DNA from: Chitinophagales bacterium
GTDB taxonomy: Bacteria > Bacteroidota > Bacteroidia > Chitinophagales > LD1
DNA: 64,000 nt
Assembly (NCBI GenBank): GCA_044228435.1
Contig: JBGAUW010000003.1
Coordinates: forward strand, 285,094-349,093
Direction: 5' to 3'
Of this stretch, positions 28,763 through 39,128 are shown one piece after another. Numbering within the stretch: position 1 is the first letter of the stretch; each line of letters starts with the position of its first letter. Made by a program: the position numbers and the translations under genes. The notes beneath the pieces are model-generated. The model worked only from the letters and a program-made list of their open reading frames with translations. It ran no database searches and had not been told where the DNA came from.

Positions 28763-30400
28763 CTAACCAAGGTATTTCCCCTCTATATTCATACGTCGGC
28801 CCATGCCAAAAGCCTTGGGCGACACCCGCAAAATAGGGGGTGCCTGGAAGCGTTTCCACTCGTTGGCGTTTACCATTTTAAGCACTTGGTCTACCAGCGG
28901 TTTTTCAAACCCCATGGCTACAAGGTCTTTAGGGCCTTTCCGTCTTTCGATATACTGAAACAGTATTTTATCGAGTATTTCGTATTCGGGCAGCGAATCG
29001 GAGTCTTTTTGATTGGGCCGCAGCTCTGCCGAAGGGGCTTTGGTTAGGATATTATTGGGGATTACCTCGCCATTGCGATTGATATAACGGGCCAGCTCAA
29101 AGGCCTGAGTTTTGTAAACATCGCCTAATACAGCAAGGCCTCCGCACATATCGCCATACAGGGTTCCGTAGCCCACCGCAGCCTCGCTTTTATTGGTGGT
29201 GTTTAGCAATATGTAACCAAACTTATTGCTAAAAGCCATAAGCAGAACCCCACGCACGCGGGCCTGCAGGTTCTCTTCGGCAACGGAAAAAGGTAAATCT
29301 TTAAAAAACGGCTTTAGGGTTTGTAAAAAGGCCTGAAAATTACTTTCAATAGGCACCTTTTCGTATTTGGTGCCCAGATTTTCAGATAGCTTAATGGCAT
29401 CATCCAGCGAATGGTCGGATGAAAAGCCTGAGGGCAGTAAAAGCGAAAGCACATTCTCTTTACCCAGGGCCTCGGCCGCCAGTGCTAATACCAGTGCAGA
29501 ATCTATACCGCCGCTAAGGCCCAGTATGGCCTTTTTAAATCCGAGTTTGGCAAAATAATCGCGTATGCCTAAAACCAGTGCCTCGTGGATTAAAGCAATA
29601 ACCCCTAAATCCCCTAAAGGGGACTTTGAAACAGCCTTCAAATTATCCGTATTGACAAAAGAGAGTTCTTCTTCAAAAAAAATAGATTGATGTACTACTT
29701 CTCCTTGTTTGTTTACCACTACGCTGCCACCATCAAATATTAATTCTGTTTGTGCGCCTACCTGGTTTACATATACCATAGGCACTTTATAGCGCTCTAC
29801 GTTCGCCTTTATCACCTTCATCCGCTCGGCATGCTGCGCATAGCTAAAAGGCGACGCCGAAAGGTTAAGGATGATATCGGGCGATTGTTTGGTTAGCTCC
29901 TCCATAGGGCACGACAGGTAAATAGGGTTATCGTTGCCTACGTTCCAAATATCTTCGCAAATGGTAATGGCCAGGCGCTGCCCTTTAAATTCAAATACCT
30001 CAAAACGATTGTTAGGTTCGAAGTACCGGTACTCGTCAAACACATCATATACCGGCAAAAGCGTTTTATCGGTTATATGTTTTATCTCGCCCTGGTATAA
30101 AAAGAAAGCTGAGTTAAATAAGTCCTTGCCTTCTATAACCGGGTTTTTGCGGGGGCAACCAACCAATGCCGCTATACCTGTGGTGTGCTTTGCAATTTCG
30201 TTTAATGCAGTTGTGCATTGCGCAATAAAATCATCAAACTCTAAAAAATCGCGGGCAGGGTAACCGCATATACATAGTTCGCTAAACACTACTAACTCCG
30301 CACCTTGCTTTTCGGCATCGTTAATAGCATTAATAATTTTTTTTGTGTTGGCTTCAAAATTACCTACGTGGTAGTTTAACTGGGCAAGGGCTATTTTCAT
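28763..30400 (-). CDS. nadE: Glutamine-dependent NAD+ synthetase
   Basis: 545 aa. N-terminal CN-hydrolase domain (FSELCICGY, ITICEDIW) and C-terminal synthetase domain with the P-loop GLSGGIDSA. Confidence 0.95.
   Translation of the reverse strand: MKIALAQLNYHVGNFEANTKKIINAINDAEKQGAELVVFSELCICGYPARDFLEFDDFIAQCTTALNEIAKHTTGIAALVGCPRKNPVIEGKDLFNSAFFLYQGEIKHITDKTLLPVYDVFDEYRYFEPNNRFEVFEFKGQRLAITICEDIWNVGNDNPIYLSCPMEELTKQSPDIILNLSASPFSYAQHAERMKVIKANVERYKVPMVYVNQVGAQTELIFDGGSVVVNKQGEVVHQSIFFEEELSFVNTDNLKAVSKSPLGDLGVIALIHEALVLGIRDYFAKLGFKKAILGLSGGIDSALVLALAAEALGKENVLSLLLPSGFSSDHSLDDAIKLSENLGTKYEKVPIESNFQAFLQTLKPFFKDLPFSVAEENLQARVRGVLLMAFSNKFGYILLNTTNKSEAAVGYGTLYGDMCGGLAVLGDVYKTQAFELARYINRNGEVIPNNILTKAPSAELRPNQKDSDSLPEYEILDKILFQYIERRKGPKDLVAMGFEKPLVDQVLKMVNANEWKRFQAPPILRVSPKAFGMGRRMNIEGKYLG
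29601..29636. repeat. Family B hairpin repeat embedded in frame in nadE
   Basis: ACCCCTAAATCCCC-TAAA-GGGGACTTTGAAACAGCC aligns with 2526-2563, with a matching 2-nt shortening of both stem arms. It encodes AVSKSPLGDLGV in the NadE interdomain linker. Confidence 0.6.
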
Positions 30401-30471
30401 TATTCAGCTTTCAGAAATACAAGAATACATCCCACACGGAGACGCGGAGTAAAAATACAGAGAAAAGCAGG

Positions 30472-30711
30472 TTATGCAACCAGCTTATCAATTTCGGCGG
30501 CCAGCTTACGGTCTTTTTCTGTAACTACATCTCCGGCGCTGTGCGTATTCAGCGTTATTTCTACCTTATTATAAACGTTTGTCCAGTTGGGGTGATGGTC
30601 GGCTTTCTCTGCCAGCAGCGCCACGCGGGTCATAAAGGCAAAGGCTTCTGAAAAGTTTTTGAAAGTAAGAGTGCGCTTAAGCGAGTTATTCTCCTCGGTC
30701 CAGTTATTCAT
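30472..30711 (-). CDS. 4a-hydroxytetrahydrobiopterin dehydratase (PCD/DCoH)
   Basis: 79 aa with the DHHPNW motif and typical length. Confidence 0.85.
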   Translation of the reverse strand: MNNWTEENNSLKRTLTFKNFSEAFAFMTRVALLAEKADHHPNWTNVYNKVEITLNTHSAGDVVTEKDRKLAAEIDKLVA

Positions 30712-30743
30712 GGTTTAAACTTTAGTTGTTCTGCAATTTACTC

Positions 30744-30780
30744 AAATAAAAAGCCCCGCATTTCTGCAGGGCTTTTTATT
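30744..30780 (-). terminator. Rho-independent terminator after nrdJ (symmetric, could act on both strands)
   Basis: AAAAAGCCC (30748-30756) pairs with GGGCTTTTT (30769-30777), with A/T runs on both sides. Confidence 0.7.
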
Positions 30781-30818
30781 TGTATTTATTCCGAATTCAA
30801 CATTCGTATTCCGCGTTA

Positions 30819-33800
30819 CTACGAACAGCCCATGCTGTTACCGCAGTTTAAACATTTGTAGCAAGTACCGCTGCGCAGGGTAATGTTACCGCACACGCTG
30901 CATGGTGGTGCATCGCCCATCATATCGCCGGCAGCTTTGTTAAAGGCGCTCATACTGGTAGTAGCTAAGGTTATTTTCTTCTCTACTTTCATATCAGCCA
31001 CATCTTTTTTAGCTGTTGGCTTAGGGCTATCCTTTAACTCCGGGTGAACCGGTGTTACCTTCTTGTGCTGCTCGATAGGCTCTTCCGAAATTTCGGTAGT
31101 TAAATCCATAGCACTGCGCTCGCGCATGCTTAATTCGCTTGGTGTTACATGCACTAAATCGGTGCGCTGTAAGTATTCGAAGGCAAGCAAACGGAAAATG
31201 TAATCTACTATCGAGCTGGCGTTTTTAATGTTCGGGTGGTCTACCATACCGCTTGGTTCAAAGCGGGTAAACGTAAATTTGTTTACGAACTCCTCTAAAG
31301 GCACACCGTATTGTAAACCGATAGATACCGATATAGCGAAGCAGTTCATTAGTGAGCGGAACGAAGCACCCTCTTTGTGCATATCAATAAATATTTCTCC
31401 CAGAGTCTGGTCGTCATACTCACCGGTGCGCACGAATACGGTTTGTCCGCCAATTTTTGCTTTTTGCGTAAAGCCACGGCGTTTGTGAGGCAGTTTTTTG
31501 CGCTCTACTATACGGCTTAGTTCGCGCATAAAGTTGGTATCGGTGCTCTCTTGCATTAAAATGCGGGCAGCCTCTAATACCTGCTCAGGCGTTAATTTGC
31601 TAAACTCAGGTTCGGCAGCTGCTGCAGGTGCTGCTTCTGTTTTAGCCACTTCTTTCTTGTCATCTTTGTCTTCGTCTTTCTTGTTGCTAAGTGGTTGCGA
31701 AAGCTTGCATCCATCGCGGTAAAGGGCGTTGGCCTTTAAGCCCAGATCCCATGATAGTTCGTAGCAACCCTTAATATCTTCAACAGTAGCCTCGTTAGGT
31801 AAGTTGATGGTTTTAGAAATTGCACCGCTAATGAAAGGCTGCACGCTGGCCATCATACGGATGTGGCCGTGGGCGTGAATAAAGCGCTTGCCTTTAGTGC
31901 CGCACTTGTTAGCGCAGTCGAAAATTGGCAAGTGCTCATCTTTCAGGTAAGGGGCACCTTCTACAGTCATGGTTCCGCACACATACTCGTTAGCGGCTTC
32001 AATTTCTGTTTTGTTGTAGCCCAGTTCGCGCAGCAGGTTAAAGTTGCTGGCGTTGTATTGTTTATCGGTAAAGCCAAGGCGCTGTAAGGTTTCTTCGCCT
32101 AAGCTCCATACGTTAAAGGCAAAAGTAATATCGAACGCTGCTACCAGGCCGGCTTCAATTTTCTCGATGTCCGAAGTGTTGAATCCTTTAGCGCGTAATG
32201 TTTCAGCGTTAATGTAAGGGCAACCGGTAAGGCTACCTGTTCCTTTAGCGTATTTTACTATGCTATCAATTTCCGATTCGCTGTAACCCAGGTTATTAAG
32301 GGCTGCAGGCACACACTCGTTTACAATTTTAAAGTAACCGCCACCCGATAGTTTTTTGAATTTTACCAAAGCAAAATCAGGTTCAACACCGGTAGTATCG
32401 CAATCCATTAATAAACCGATGGTGCCGGTAGGGGCAATAACGGTAGATTGCGCGTTGCGGTAGCCATATTTTTCGCCCAATTGTAAAGCCTCATCCCACG
32501 CGGTGGTAGCTGCTTTCAACAAATAATCAGGGCAGAATTTAGGGTCGATACCTTGTGGCTTAATCTCCAGCGACTCATAAGCCGTAGTGTCGGCATTGTA
32601 AGCTGCTAAGCGGTGGTTACGCATTACACGCAACATGTGCTTTTTGTTTCTTTCGTAGCCAGGGAACGCACCAAGCGTAGCCGCCATCTCTGCCGATGTT
32701 TTGTAAGCAACACCCGTCATAATAGCTGTAATAGCACCACCAAAAGCGCGTGCTTTATCGCTATCGTAAGGTATACCGCTTACCATTAATACCGAACCCA
32801 GGTTGGCATAACCTAAGCCAAGGGTGCGGAACTCGTAGCTAAGCTGAGCCACCTCTTTAGAAGGGAACTGGGCCATTAACACCGAAATTTCCAATACAGT
32901 AGTCCAAACGCGGCTCATGTGCTCAAAACCAGCTACGTTAAACTCAAGTGTTTTATCGTTAAAGAACTTGCGCAGGTTGAACGAGGCAAGGTTGCAGGCA
33001 GTGTTATCAAGGAACATATACTCGCTGCAAGGGTTGCTGGCGCGTATTGGGCCATCCTCAGGGCAAGTGTGCCATTCGTTAATGGTAGTATCGTATTGAA
33101 CGCCCGGATCGGCACAACGCCATGCGGCCATTGCAATTTTATCCCACAGCTCGGTAGAAGGGATGGTTTTCATCACCTTTTTGTTGCTGCGTGCTATCAG
33201 GTTCCAGTTTTCGCCTTTTGCAAGCGTATGGAAGAATGAATTAGGGATACGAACGGAGTTGTTAGAGTTTTGCCCTGCAACTGTTTTGTAAGCCTCGCCT
33301 TCGTAGTGCGAATCGTACCCGGCTGCAATAAGCGCGGCTACTTTATCTTCTTCTTTGCTTTTCCAGTCAATAAAATCAACCACTTCAGGGTGGTCAAGGT
33401 CTAAGCACACCATTTTGGCAGCGCGGCGGGTAGTTCCACCCGATTTGATAGCGCCTGCAGCAGCATCGCCAATTTTAAGGAAACTCATTAAGCCCGATGA
33501 AGTTCCACCACCCGAAAGTTTTTCGCCTTCGCCGCGTATGTTGCTAAAGTTGGTACCTACGCCCGAACCGTATTTGAAAATACGTGCTTCACGGATCCAA
33601 AGGTCCATAATTCCACCACCATTCACCAAATCATCATCTACTGATAATATGAAGCAGGCGTGCGGCTGCGGACGCTCGTATGCCGAGGTAGATTTTTCAA
33701 GTTCGCCGGTATCGGGGTTTACAAAGTAGTGGCCCTGTGGTTTGCCGGTAATACCATAAGCGGTATATAAACCGGTGTTAAACCATTGCGGCGAGTTAGG

Positions 33801-34193
33801 TGCTGCCATTTGGTCCAGCAACGAGTAAACTAACTCATCGTAAAATACGCCCGCATCTTTTGCCGAAGCAAAATAGCCGTAACGCTCGCCCCAGCTTTTC
33901 CAGCAGTCGGCCAGGCGGTGTGCCACTTGTTTAATAGAACGCTCGCCGCCCAATGTACCATCGGGTTGCGGAACACCTGCCTTACGGAAGTATTTTTGTG
34001 CGAGAATATCTGTAGCAACCTGGCTCCATCCCTTAGGCACCTCCACATTATACATTTCGAACACTGCATCGCCCTTTGGGTTGCGAATTACGCTTGCGCG
34101 TAAGTCGAACTCGAATAAATCGAAGGCGGACTTGCCTTCCTGGGTGTAGAAGCGGTCGAACTTCAATCCCTTTTTCTCTGTTTTTCTTGCCAT
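30819..34193 (-). CDS. nrdJ: Adenosylcobalamin-dependent ribonucleoside-diphosphate reductase (class II)
   Basis: 1124 aa. Typical RNR barrel motifs (NPCSEY, TIAPTGT), an acidic/Lys-rich low-complexity insert, and a C-terminal CxxC..CxxC zinc ribbon (CSVCGN...CYKCLNCG). Confidence 0.9.
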   Translation of the reverse strand: MARKTEKKGLKFDRFYTQEGKSAFDLFEFDLRASVIRNPKGDAVFEMYNVEVPKGWSQVATDILAQKYFRKAGVPQPDGTLGGERSIKQVAHRLADCWKSWGERYGYFASAKDAGVFYDELVYSLLDQMAAPNSPQWFNTGLYTAYGITGKPQGHYFVNPDTGELEKSTSAYERPQPHACFILSVDDDLVNGGGIMDLWIREARIFKYGSGVGTNFSNIRGEGEKLSGGGTSSGLMSFLKIGDAAAGAIKSGGTTRRAAKMVCLDLDHPEVVDFIDWKSKEEDKVAALIAAGYDSHYEGEAYKTVAGQNSNNSVRIPNSFFHTLAKGENWNLIARSNKKVMKTIPSTELWDKIAMAAWRCADPGVQYDTTINEWHTCPEDGPIRASNPCSEYMFLDNTACNLASFNLRKFFNDKTLEFNVAGFEHMSRVWTTVLEISVLMAQFPSKEVAQLSYEFRTLGLGYANLGSVLMVSGIPYDSDKARAFGGAITAIMTGVAYKTSAEMAATLGAFPGYERNKKHMLRVMRNHRLAAYNADTTAYESLEIKPQGIDPKFCPDYLLKAATTAWDEALQLGEKYGYRNAQSTVIAPTGTIGLLMDCDTTGVEPDFALVKFKKLSGGGYFKIVNECVPAALNNLGYSESEIDSIVKYAKGTGSLTGCPYINAETLRAKGFNTSDIEKIEAGLVAAFDITFAFNVWSLGEETLQRLGFTDKQYNASNFNLLRELGYNKTEIEAANEYVCGTMTVEGAPYLKDEHLPIFDCANKCGTKGKRFIHAHGHIRMMASVQPFISGAISKTINLPNEATVEDIKGCYELSWDLGLKANALYRDGCKLSQPLSNKKDEDKDDKKEVAKTEAAPAAAAEPEFSKLTPEQVLEAARILMQESTDTNFMRELSRIVERKKLPHKRRGFTQKAKIGGQTVFVRTGEYDDQTLGEIFIDMHKEGASFRSLMNCFAISVSIGLQYGVPLEEFVNKFTFTRFEPSGMVDHPNIKNASSIVDYIFRLLAFEYLQRTDLVHVTPSELSMRERSAMDLTTEISEEPIEQHKKVTPVHPELKDSPKPTAKKDVADMKVEKKITLATTSMSAFNKAAGDMMGDAPPCSVCGNITLRSGTCYKCLNCGNSMGCS

Positions 34194-34545
34194 AACTATA
34201 ATTTGAAGATAATTTAATTCTGTGTGAGCGTTTCAGAATCTTTCCTAAAACGTGAACGAATTTATTTTTCAAAAACCGATTTCGACACCTCATTTTTCCA
34301 CACGATTTGTGCAAACGGGCAAGCACCCTTTTGAAACCCTCTGTGGGCTTGATTTCCCTGTGTTGAAAAAGAATTATGAAAAAAAATTAGGAAAAAATGC
34401 GGTGGTTTCGGGTAAGTTTTTTGTCTGATTTTTTGGGCGGGAAATTTGGGGCAAAACGCCTAAAAATGGCTTCCTGACCAAATTTGGCTGTTGACAAACC
34501 AGGCGAGTGACTAATATACAGTCTATTCGTAGTATACTTGCAGGC

Positions 34546-35304
34546 ATGATAAACGGACTATTAACACCCAATAAACGACAACAACTCGCAGTTCTTATCG
34601 ACCCTGATAAGCAACCTATTGAAAGTCTGGTACAGCTAATAGAATTGGCCAACAACGCTAAAGTCGATTTCTTTTTTGTAGGAGGAAGTTTGCTGCTTGA
34701 GAACCGGTTTGAGCACACTATTGAAACGATTAAAAAGCACTCTGAAATTCCGGTTATTATTTTCCCGGGTAATAGCTACCAGCTAAGCGCTAAGGCCGAT
34801 GGACTGTTGTTTTTGAGCTTGGTTTCGGGCCGCAACCCCGAGTATTTGATAGGCCAGCAGGTAATTGCAGCCCCTTTTGTGAAGGAGGCCGGTTTAAATG
34901 CTATACCTACTGCCTACCTGCTTATAGACGGAGGGCGAATTTCTACCACCAGTTACATTACCCAAACGGTGCCCATACCTAACGATAAGCCCGACATAGC
35001 TGTAGCCACGGCGCTGGCCGGCGAAATGCTGGGTATGAAACTAATTTACCTGGAGGCTGGCAGCGGTGCCCTAAACACCGTAAGCGCAGGGCTTATAAAG
35101 GCGGTAAAGCAAAATGTAAGTATACCGGTGATTGTTGGTGGTGGCATACGCAGTGCTGAACAAGCCGAAGCGATTTGCCGGGCCGGTGCCGATATACTGG
35201 TGGTAGGCAATGTGCTTGAAAAAGAACCCGAATTGCTGATGGAGATTTCGTTAGCAGTGCATGCTGCAGAAGCAGAAAAGGCCAAACCCACCAATGAAGC
35301 CTGA
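34546..35304 (+). CDS. Geranylgeranylglyceryl/heptaprenylglyceryl phosphate synthase family protein (PcrB/GGGPS)
   Basis: The ORF track starts at a GTG at 34507; an ATG lies at 34546. TIM-barrel motifs FFFVGGS, IYLEAGSGA and PVIVGGGIRS are present. Confidence 0.85.
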   Translation: MINGLLTPNKRQQLAVLIDPDKQPIESLVQLIELANNAKVDFFFVGGSLLLENRFEHTIETIKKHSEIPVIIFPGNSYQLSAKADGLLFLSLVSGRNPEYLIGQQVIAAPFVKEAGLNAIPTAYLLIDGGRISTTSYITQTVPIPNDKPDIAVATALAGEMLGMKLIYLEAGSGALNTVSAGLIKAVKQNVSIPVIVGGGIRSAEQAEAICRAGADILVVGNVLEKEPELLMEISLAVHAAEAEKAKPTNEA

Positions 35305-35352
35305 AAATAAAAGCGCTTCAATTGCTGATAATTCGTGTAATTCGTGGCACAG

Positions 35353-36285
35353 ATGAAAGGAGTAGTTGTAAAAAGCACAGGTAGTTGGTACGATGTAAAA
35401 ACCGAAAAGGGCGACCTTGTAAAAGTGCGCTTAAAGGGTATTTTCAGGCTGGATGAGAGTAAAGATACCAACCCCATTGCCGTAGGCGACCGCGTGAGCA
35501 TAAGCAGCGAAGATGCCGATAACAGCTGGGTGATAGATGAAATAGAAGAACGCCATAACTACATTGTGCGTTCATCGCCAAAGCACAAGGGCGCGCGACA
35601 AATATTAGCCGCTAACATAGACCAGGCTTTGCTGATAGTTACCATGGGTAACCCCCGCACCTCTACCGGGTTTATTGACAGGTTTCTTTTAACCGCCGAA
35701 GCCTACCACATACCCACGGTTATTATTTTCAATAAGCAGGATATGCTGGATGTAAAGGGCCAGAAAAAGCAGGATTTTGTATCTGCTATTTACCAGGCTA
35801 TTGGCTATAAAACCTTGTTTGTATCGGCCCTGCAGCAGGAAAACGTAGACCAGGTAAAGGCCTTAATGAAGGATAAGACTTCGCTTATTGCCGGACACTC
35901 GGGCGTAGGAAAATCTACCCTAATGAATGCCGTTCAGCCCCATTTGAATATACGCACCGATAAAATTTCGCGCATTACCGGTAAGGGCATGCACACTACC
36001 ACCTTTGCCGAAATGCACCCTCTCGATTTTGGCGGCAGTGTAATAGATACCCCCGGCATACGCGAGTTTGGTATAATGAATTTTAAACCCGAAGAGATAT
36101 CGCACTACTACATAGAAATGCGCGAGGCGCTGAAAGATTGTAAGTTTAATAACTGCATGCACGAGAACGAACCCGGCTGCGGTGTGCGCAAAGCCTATGA
36201 AGCAGGTAAAATATCGGAGGAGCGCTATGTGAATTACCTGGGGATAATGAACGATTACCGGGCGAATTATAAGCACTGGGAGTAG
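35353..36285 (+). CDS. rsgA: Ribosome small-subunit-dependent GTPase A
   Basis: OB-fold N-terminus, circularly permuted GTPase (NKQD, GHSGVGKSTL) and a Zn site CKFNNCMHENEPGC. The ORF-track GTG is at 35344. Confidence 0.9.
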   Translation: MKGVVVKSTGSWYDVKTEKGDLVKVRLKGIFRLDESKDTNPIAVGDRVSISSEDADNSWVIDEIEERHNYIVRSSPKHKGARQILAANIDQALLIVTMGNPRTSTGFIDRFLLTAEAYHIPTVIIFNKQDMLDVKGQKKQDFVSAIYQAIGYKTLFVSALQQENVDQVKALMKDKTSLIAGHSGVGKSTLMNAVQPHLNIRTDKISRITGKGMHTTTFAEMHPLDFGGSVIDTPGIREFGIMNFKPEEISHYYIEMREALKDCKFNNCMHENEPGCGVRKAYEAGKISEERYVNYLGIMNDYRANYKHWE

Positions 36286-36332
36286 CAGCCAAATTTCCAA
36301 TTACCAATAATCAATTTTCAAACAATACCATA

Positions 36333-36785
36333 GTGCGTGTAACCATCCAACGAGTTTCAGAGGCCAGTGTAACTATTGAGGGGACAGTAAAATCCTCCAT
36401 CGGTAAAGGCCTGTTGGTATTAGCTGGTTTTGAAGAAGCTGATACTGCCGAAGATTTGGAATGGATGAGCGGCAAAATTGTAAACCTCCGCATTTTTGAA
36501 GATGCGAACGAGCAAATGAATTTAGCCGTTAAGGATGTAGGTGGTGAAGTTATCCTCGTTTCGCAGTTTACCCTTCACGCCCTTACAAAAAAGGGTAACC
36601 GCCCTTCGTTTATAAGGGCAGCTAAACCAGATATAGCTATTCCGCTTTACGAAAAGTTTATTACCCTGCTGGAAAAAGACTTAGGCAAAAACATTGGTAC
36701 AGGCACCTTTGGTGCCGATATGAAAGTTGCCTTAATTAATAACGGCCCGGTAACGATTAATATTGATAGCCGCAACCGCGAGTAA
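36333..36785 (+). CDS. dtd: D-aminoacyl-tRNA deacylase
   Basis: 150 aa with a GTG start. Motifs MRVTIQRV, SQFTL and the NGPVTI ending. Confidence 0.9.
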   Translation: MRVTIQRVSEASVTIEGTVKSSIGKGLLVLAGFEEADTAEDLEWMSGKIVNLRIFEDANEQMNLAVKDVGGEVILVSQFTLHALTKKGNRPSFIRAAKPDIAIPLYEKFITLLEKDLGKNIGTGTFGADMKVALINNGPVTINIDSRNRE

Positions 36786-36826
36786 GCCTCAATATTCATC
36801 GGATGAATTAACTTCCGAGAGCAAAA

Positions 36827-37813
36827 TTACTCCTTAATAATCCGCTTAACGGTATTACCCATTCTAACCAGGTAAAGGCCGGGCTTCCAGTCGGCTGTTT
36901 CTATTTTAAAGGTGGCGGTAGTTATTTTATCTGTAAAAATCTTGCTTCCCAGTATATCAAAAACCTCTATTGTGTTTTCAGTTTTTGCATCGTAACCGGT
37001 AATCTGCATTTCGCGGGTAAACGGGTTGGGGTAAACGGCAAATAAGCTTGCCTTTTTTGCCCCGTTTATTCCCGAAACAACGTTTGCTATACGCTGCGAT
37101 TTAGCCGCGTTTAAAACCTGCCCCGTATTGGCAAACTGCACCCAGGCAATGGTATTAAGGTTAGGTTCGCGCCAGCCGTTTTTAATTTTATAGTGGAAGA
37201 ACAGCACCAGGCTGTCGTTAAGCGCAGGTGTTTGTATGGTATCACCTTTGGCTTTGGTAAGGGCTTTTCTAAAAACATCGTGGTGCAGCTGCTCCCCGTT
37301 GCCTGCGCTGTATTGAACGGTATCCTGCGCTACGCCGGCAAAAAGCAATAATTCGCCGGCTGTAATTACACCGGTAGTGCGCACTACTACCCGCACGTTT
37401 ACCGAGTCGGAACCCACCAATTCTTCGGTAGCCCCAATTTCTATAGGTGAGGTTTGGTTCAGGGCGGTGTCGATAGTAGTATTGTAAATTGCCGGGTTGG
37501 CTGCCGGCAAGCGCTTACCGTTTAATACATACTGTGGGGTAGAGCCGTAAAGGCCATAAAAACGGGTGCGGTCGTCGTTCTCGGTAACGTTTTGTAAATT
37601 AAAATAGCAAGAGGAATAAGGCGAACTGGGGTGAAAAGCGATATGAATAACCTGCGGATAGCCCGAAAGCACGTTATAAAACCCCGGATTGCGCTGGGCA
37701 CAAATACTGCATTTAGTATTGGTAAAATGCTCTATTAACACCGTTTTGGGCGACTGGGCAAAAATATTGAGCACAAAAAACAGTTGAATAGCGGGGAAAA
37801 GTTTTTTAATCAT
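36827..37813 (-). CDS. T9SS type A sorting domain-containing protein (Omp28/thioredoxin-like N-terminal domain)
   Basis: 328 aa with a signal peptide. HFTNTKCSICAQ is thioredoxin-like. The C-terminal ~80 aa carry a T9SS CTD signature (VYPNPF...GLYLVRM). Confidence 0.75.
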   Translation of the reverse strand: MIKKLFPAIQLFFVLNIFAQSPKTVLIEHFTNTKCSICAQRNPGFYNVLSGYPQVIHIAFHPSSPYSSCYFNLQNVTENDDRTRFYGLYGSTPQYVLNGKRLPAANPAIYNTTIDTALNQTSPIEIGATEELVGSDSVNVRVVVRTTGVITAGELLLFAGVAQDTVQYSAGNGEQLHHDVFRKALTKAKGDTIQTPALNDSLVLFFHYKIKNGWREPNLNTIAWVQFANTGQVLNAAKSQRIANVVSGINGAKKASLFAVYPNPFTREMQITGYDAKTENTIEVFDILGSKIFTDKITTATFKIETADWKPGLYLVRMGNTVKRIIKE

Positions 37814-37876
37814 AATATTAGTTTTGATACTGAGTAGTGATTTGCTACTAAGACGGATATAAATTTAAACCCTTAC

Positions 37877-38539
37877 ATGTATATACCGGCACACTTTAAA
37901 GAAACCGATAAAACCGAGATAGAAAACCTTATCCGCGAATTTGGTTTTGCCATCCTGGTATCGATTAAAGATAACCTGCCCTGGGCAACCCATATACCGT
38001 TAGAGTTAGTTACGAATGAAACCGGCGATTGGTTTTTACACGGCCATATATCCCGCGCTAACCCGCAGTGGAAGGCTTTTGAAAGTTTAAATGATGTGCT
38101 GGCTATTTTTATGGGTCCGCACACCTATATATCGCCCAGCTGGTATAACCACCGGAACGTGCCTACATGGAACTATAAAGCGGTGCATTTATATGGCAAA
38201 GTAACTTTAGTAGAGGGCGAAAAGCTTGAAGCCATGTTGCGCAAACTGATGAAGCGCTACGAAGATGCCCATGCCGAAAAGCCACAGGGTTATGATGAAA
38301 TACCGCCCAAGATATTAGAGAAGGATTTGCGCGGACTGGTGGGTTTTGAAATTAAAGTAGAACGAATTGAAGCCAGCAGTAAGCTATCGCAAAATCGCGA
38401 CGCCGAAAGCCATCAGAGTATTGTAGACCATTTAAAGGATATGGATGCCTATGATGCGAAACGTATTGCCAAAGAAATGACCCCTAAATCTCGCGCCGAA
38501 GGCGGAGACTTTAATACAAACAGCCAAAATCACACGTAG
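37877..38539 (+). CDS. FMN-binding negative transcriptional regulator (PaiB family)
   Basis: 220 aa. The N-terminus MYIPAHFKETD and SKLSQNR are typical of PaiB. Confidence 0.8.
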   Translation: MYIPAHFKETDKTEIENLIREFGFAILVSIKDNLPWATHIPLELVTNETGDWFLHGHISRANPQWKAFESLNDVLAIFMGPHTYISPSWYNHRNVPTWNYKAVHLYGKVTLVEGEKLEAMLRKLMKRYEDAHAEKPQGYDEIPPKILEKDLRGLVGFEIKVERIEASSKLSQNRDAESHQSIVDHLKDMDAYDAKRIAKEMTPKSRAEGGDFNTNSQNHT

Positions 38540-38541
38540 TT

Positions 38542-38868
38542 ATGACCATAGAAGAAGCGCAAACCACCGTAGATAACTGGATAAAGACGACCGGTGTAAG
38601 ATATTTTAATGAACTAACCAATATGGCTATGCTTACCGAAGAGGTAGGTGAGGTGGCCCGCATAATTGCCCGAAAGTATGGCGAGCAGAGCTTTAAAGAG
38701 AGCGATAAAAACAAAGAGCTTGGCGACGAACTGGCCGATGTGCTGTTCGTACTAATTTGCCTGGCCAACCAAACCGGCGTTAACCTAACCGATGCCCTGC
38801 AAAAGAACTTAGATAAGAAAACAAAGCGGGATGCTGAGAGGCATCAGAATAATGAGAAGTTGAGGTAG
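38542..38868 (+). CDS. MazG-like nucleotide pyrophosphohydrolase
   Basis: 108 aa with the EExxE...ELGDELADVLF metal-binding helices. Confidence 0.85.
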   Translation: MTIEEAQTTVDNWIKTTGVRYFNELTNMAMLTEEVGEVARIIARKYGEQSFKESDKNKELGDELADVLFVLICLANQTGVNLTDALQKNLDKKTKRDAERHQNNEKLR

Positions 38869-39069
38869 TTAAACTCCTTTCAACTTTCCAATCCTCCTCC
38901 ACTGCCAGATTATAACACCTAACATAACAAAGAAAACAATGGGTTCAATAATGCAGAAAATCCAGATGTTGATTTCGTTGTAGGAAATGCCCAGTGCTTT
39001 ACCGCCGGCAATTAATATATCTACGCACCATTGAAAGAGAGAGTTGACGAAGTTATCCCAGTTGGCCAT
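38869..39069 (-). CDS. Small membrane protein, unknown function
   Basis: 66 aa with two hydrophobic helices. Its stop abuts the MazG stop (convergent). Confidence 0.4.
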   Translation of the reverse strand: MANWDNFVNSLFQWCVDILIAGGKALGISYNEINIWIFCIIEPIVFFVMLGVIIWQWRRIGKLKGV

Positions 39070-39128
39070 AAAAATGTTTACCCTATTAACGAATAAGAGG
39101 GTAATAGATTATGTAGCCGAAACGTTTT

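Noticed and set aside
34194-34506. Possible cobalamin riboswitch or NrdR boxes upstream of nrdJ.
   Set aside because: I found no B12-box-like GCCACTG core and no ACAC-N8-GTGT palindromes with the right spacing. Only loose resemblance exists, so no such feature is called; the region is listed as a finding to be scanned.
34048-34718. ORFs 34048-34326 and 34374-34718 on the minus strand in the nrdJ upstream region.
   Set aside because: They have basic, low-complexity translations and overlap the nrdJ start or the GGGPS start. There is no motif support, so the region is treated as non-coding leader or promoter.
36794-36808. Short hairpin ATTCAT-CGG-ATGAAT between dtd and the T9SS-domain gene. 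It shares the TCATCGGATGA core with the terminator at 10227-10243.
   Set aside because: The stem is only 6 bp, all A/T except one pair, and no U-run follows on either strand. That is too weak to call a terminator.
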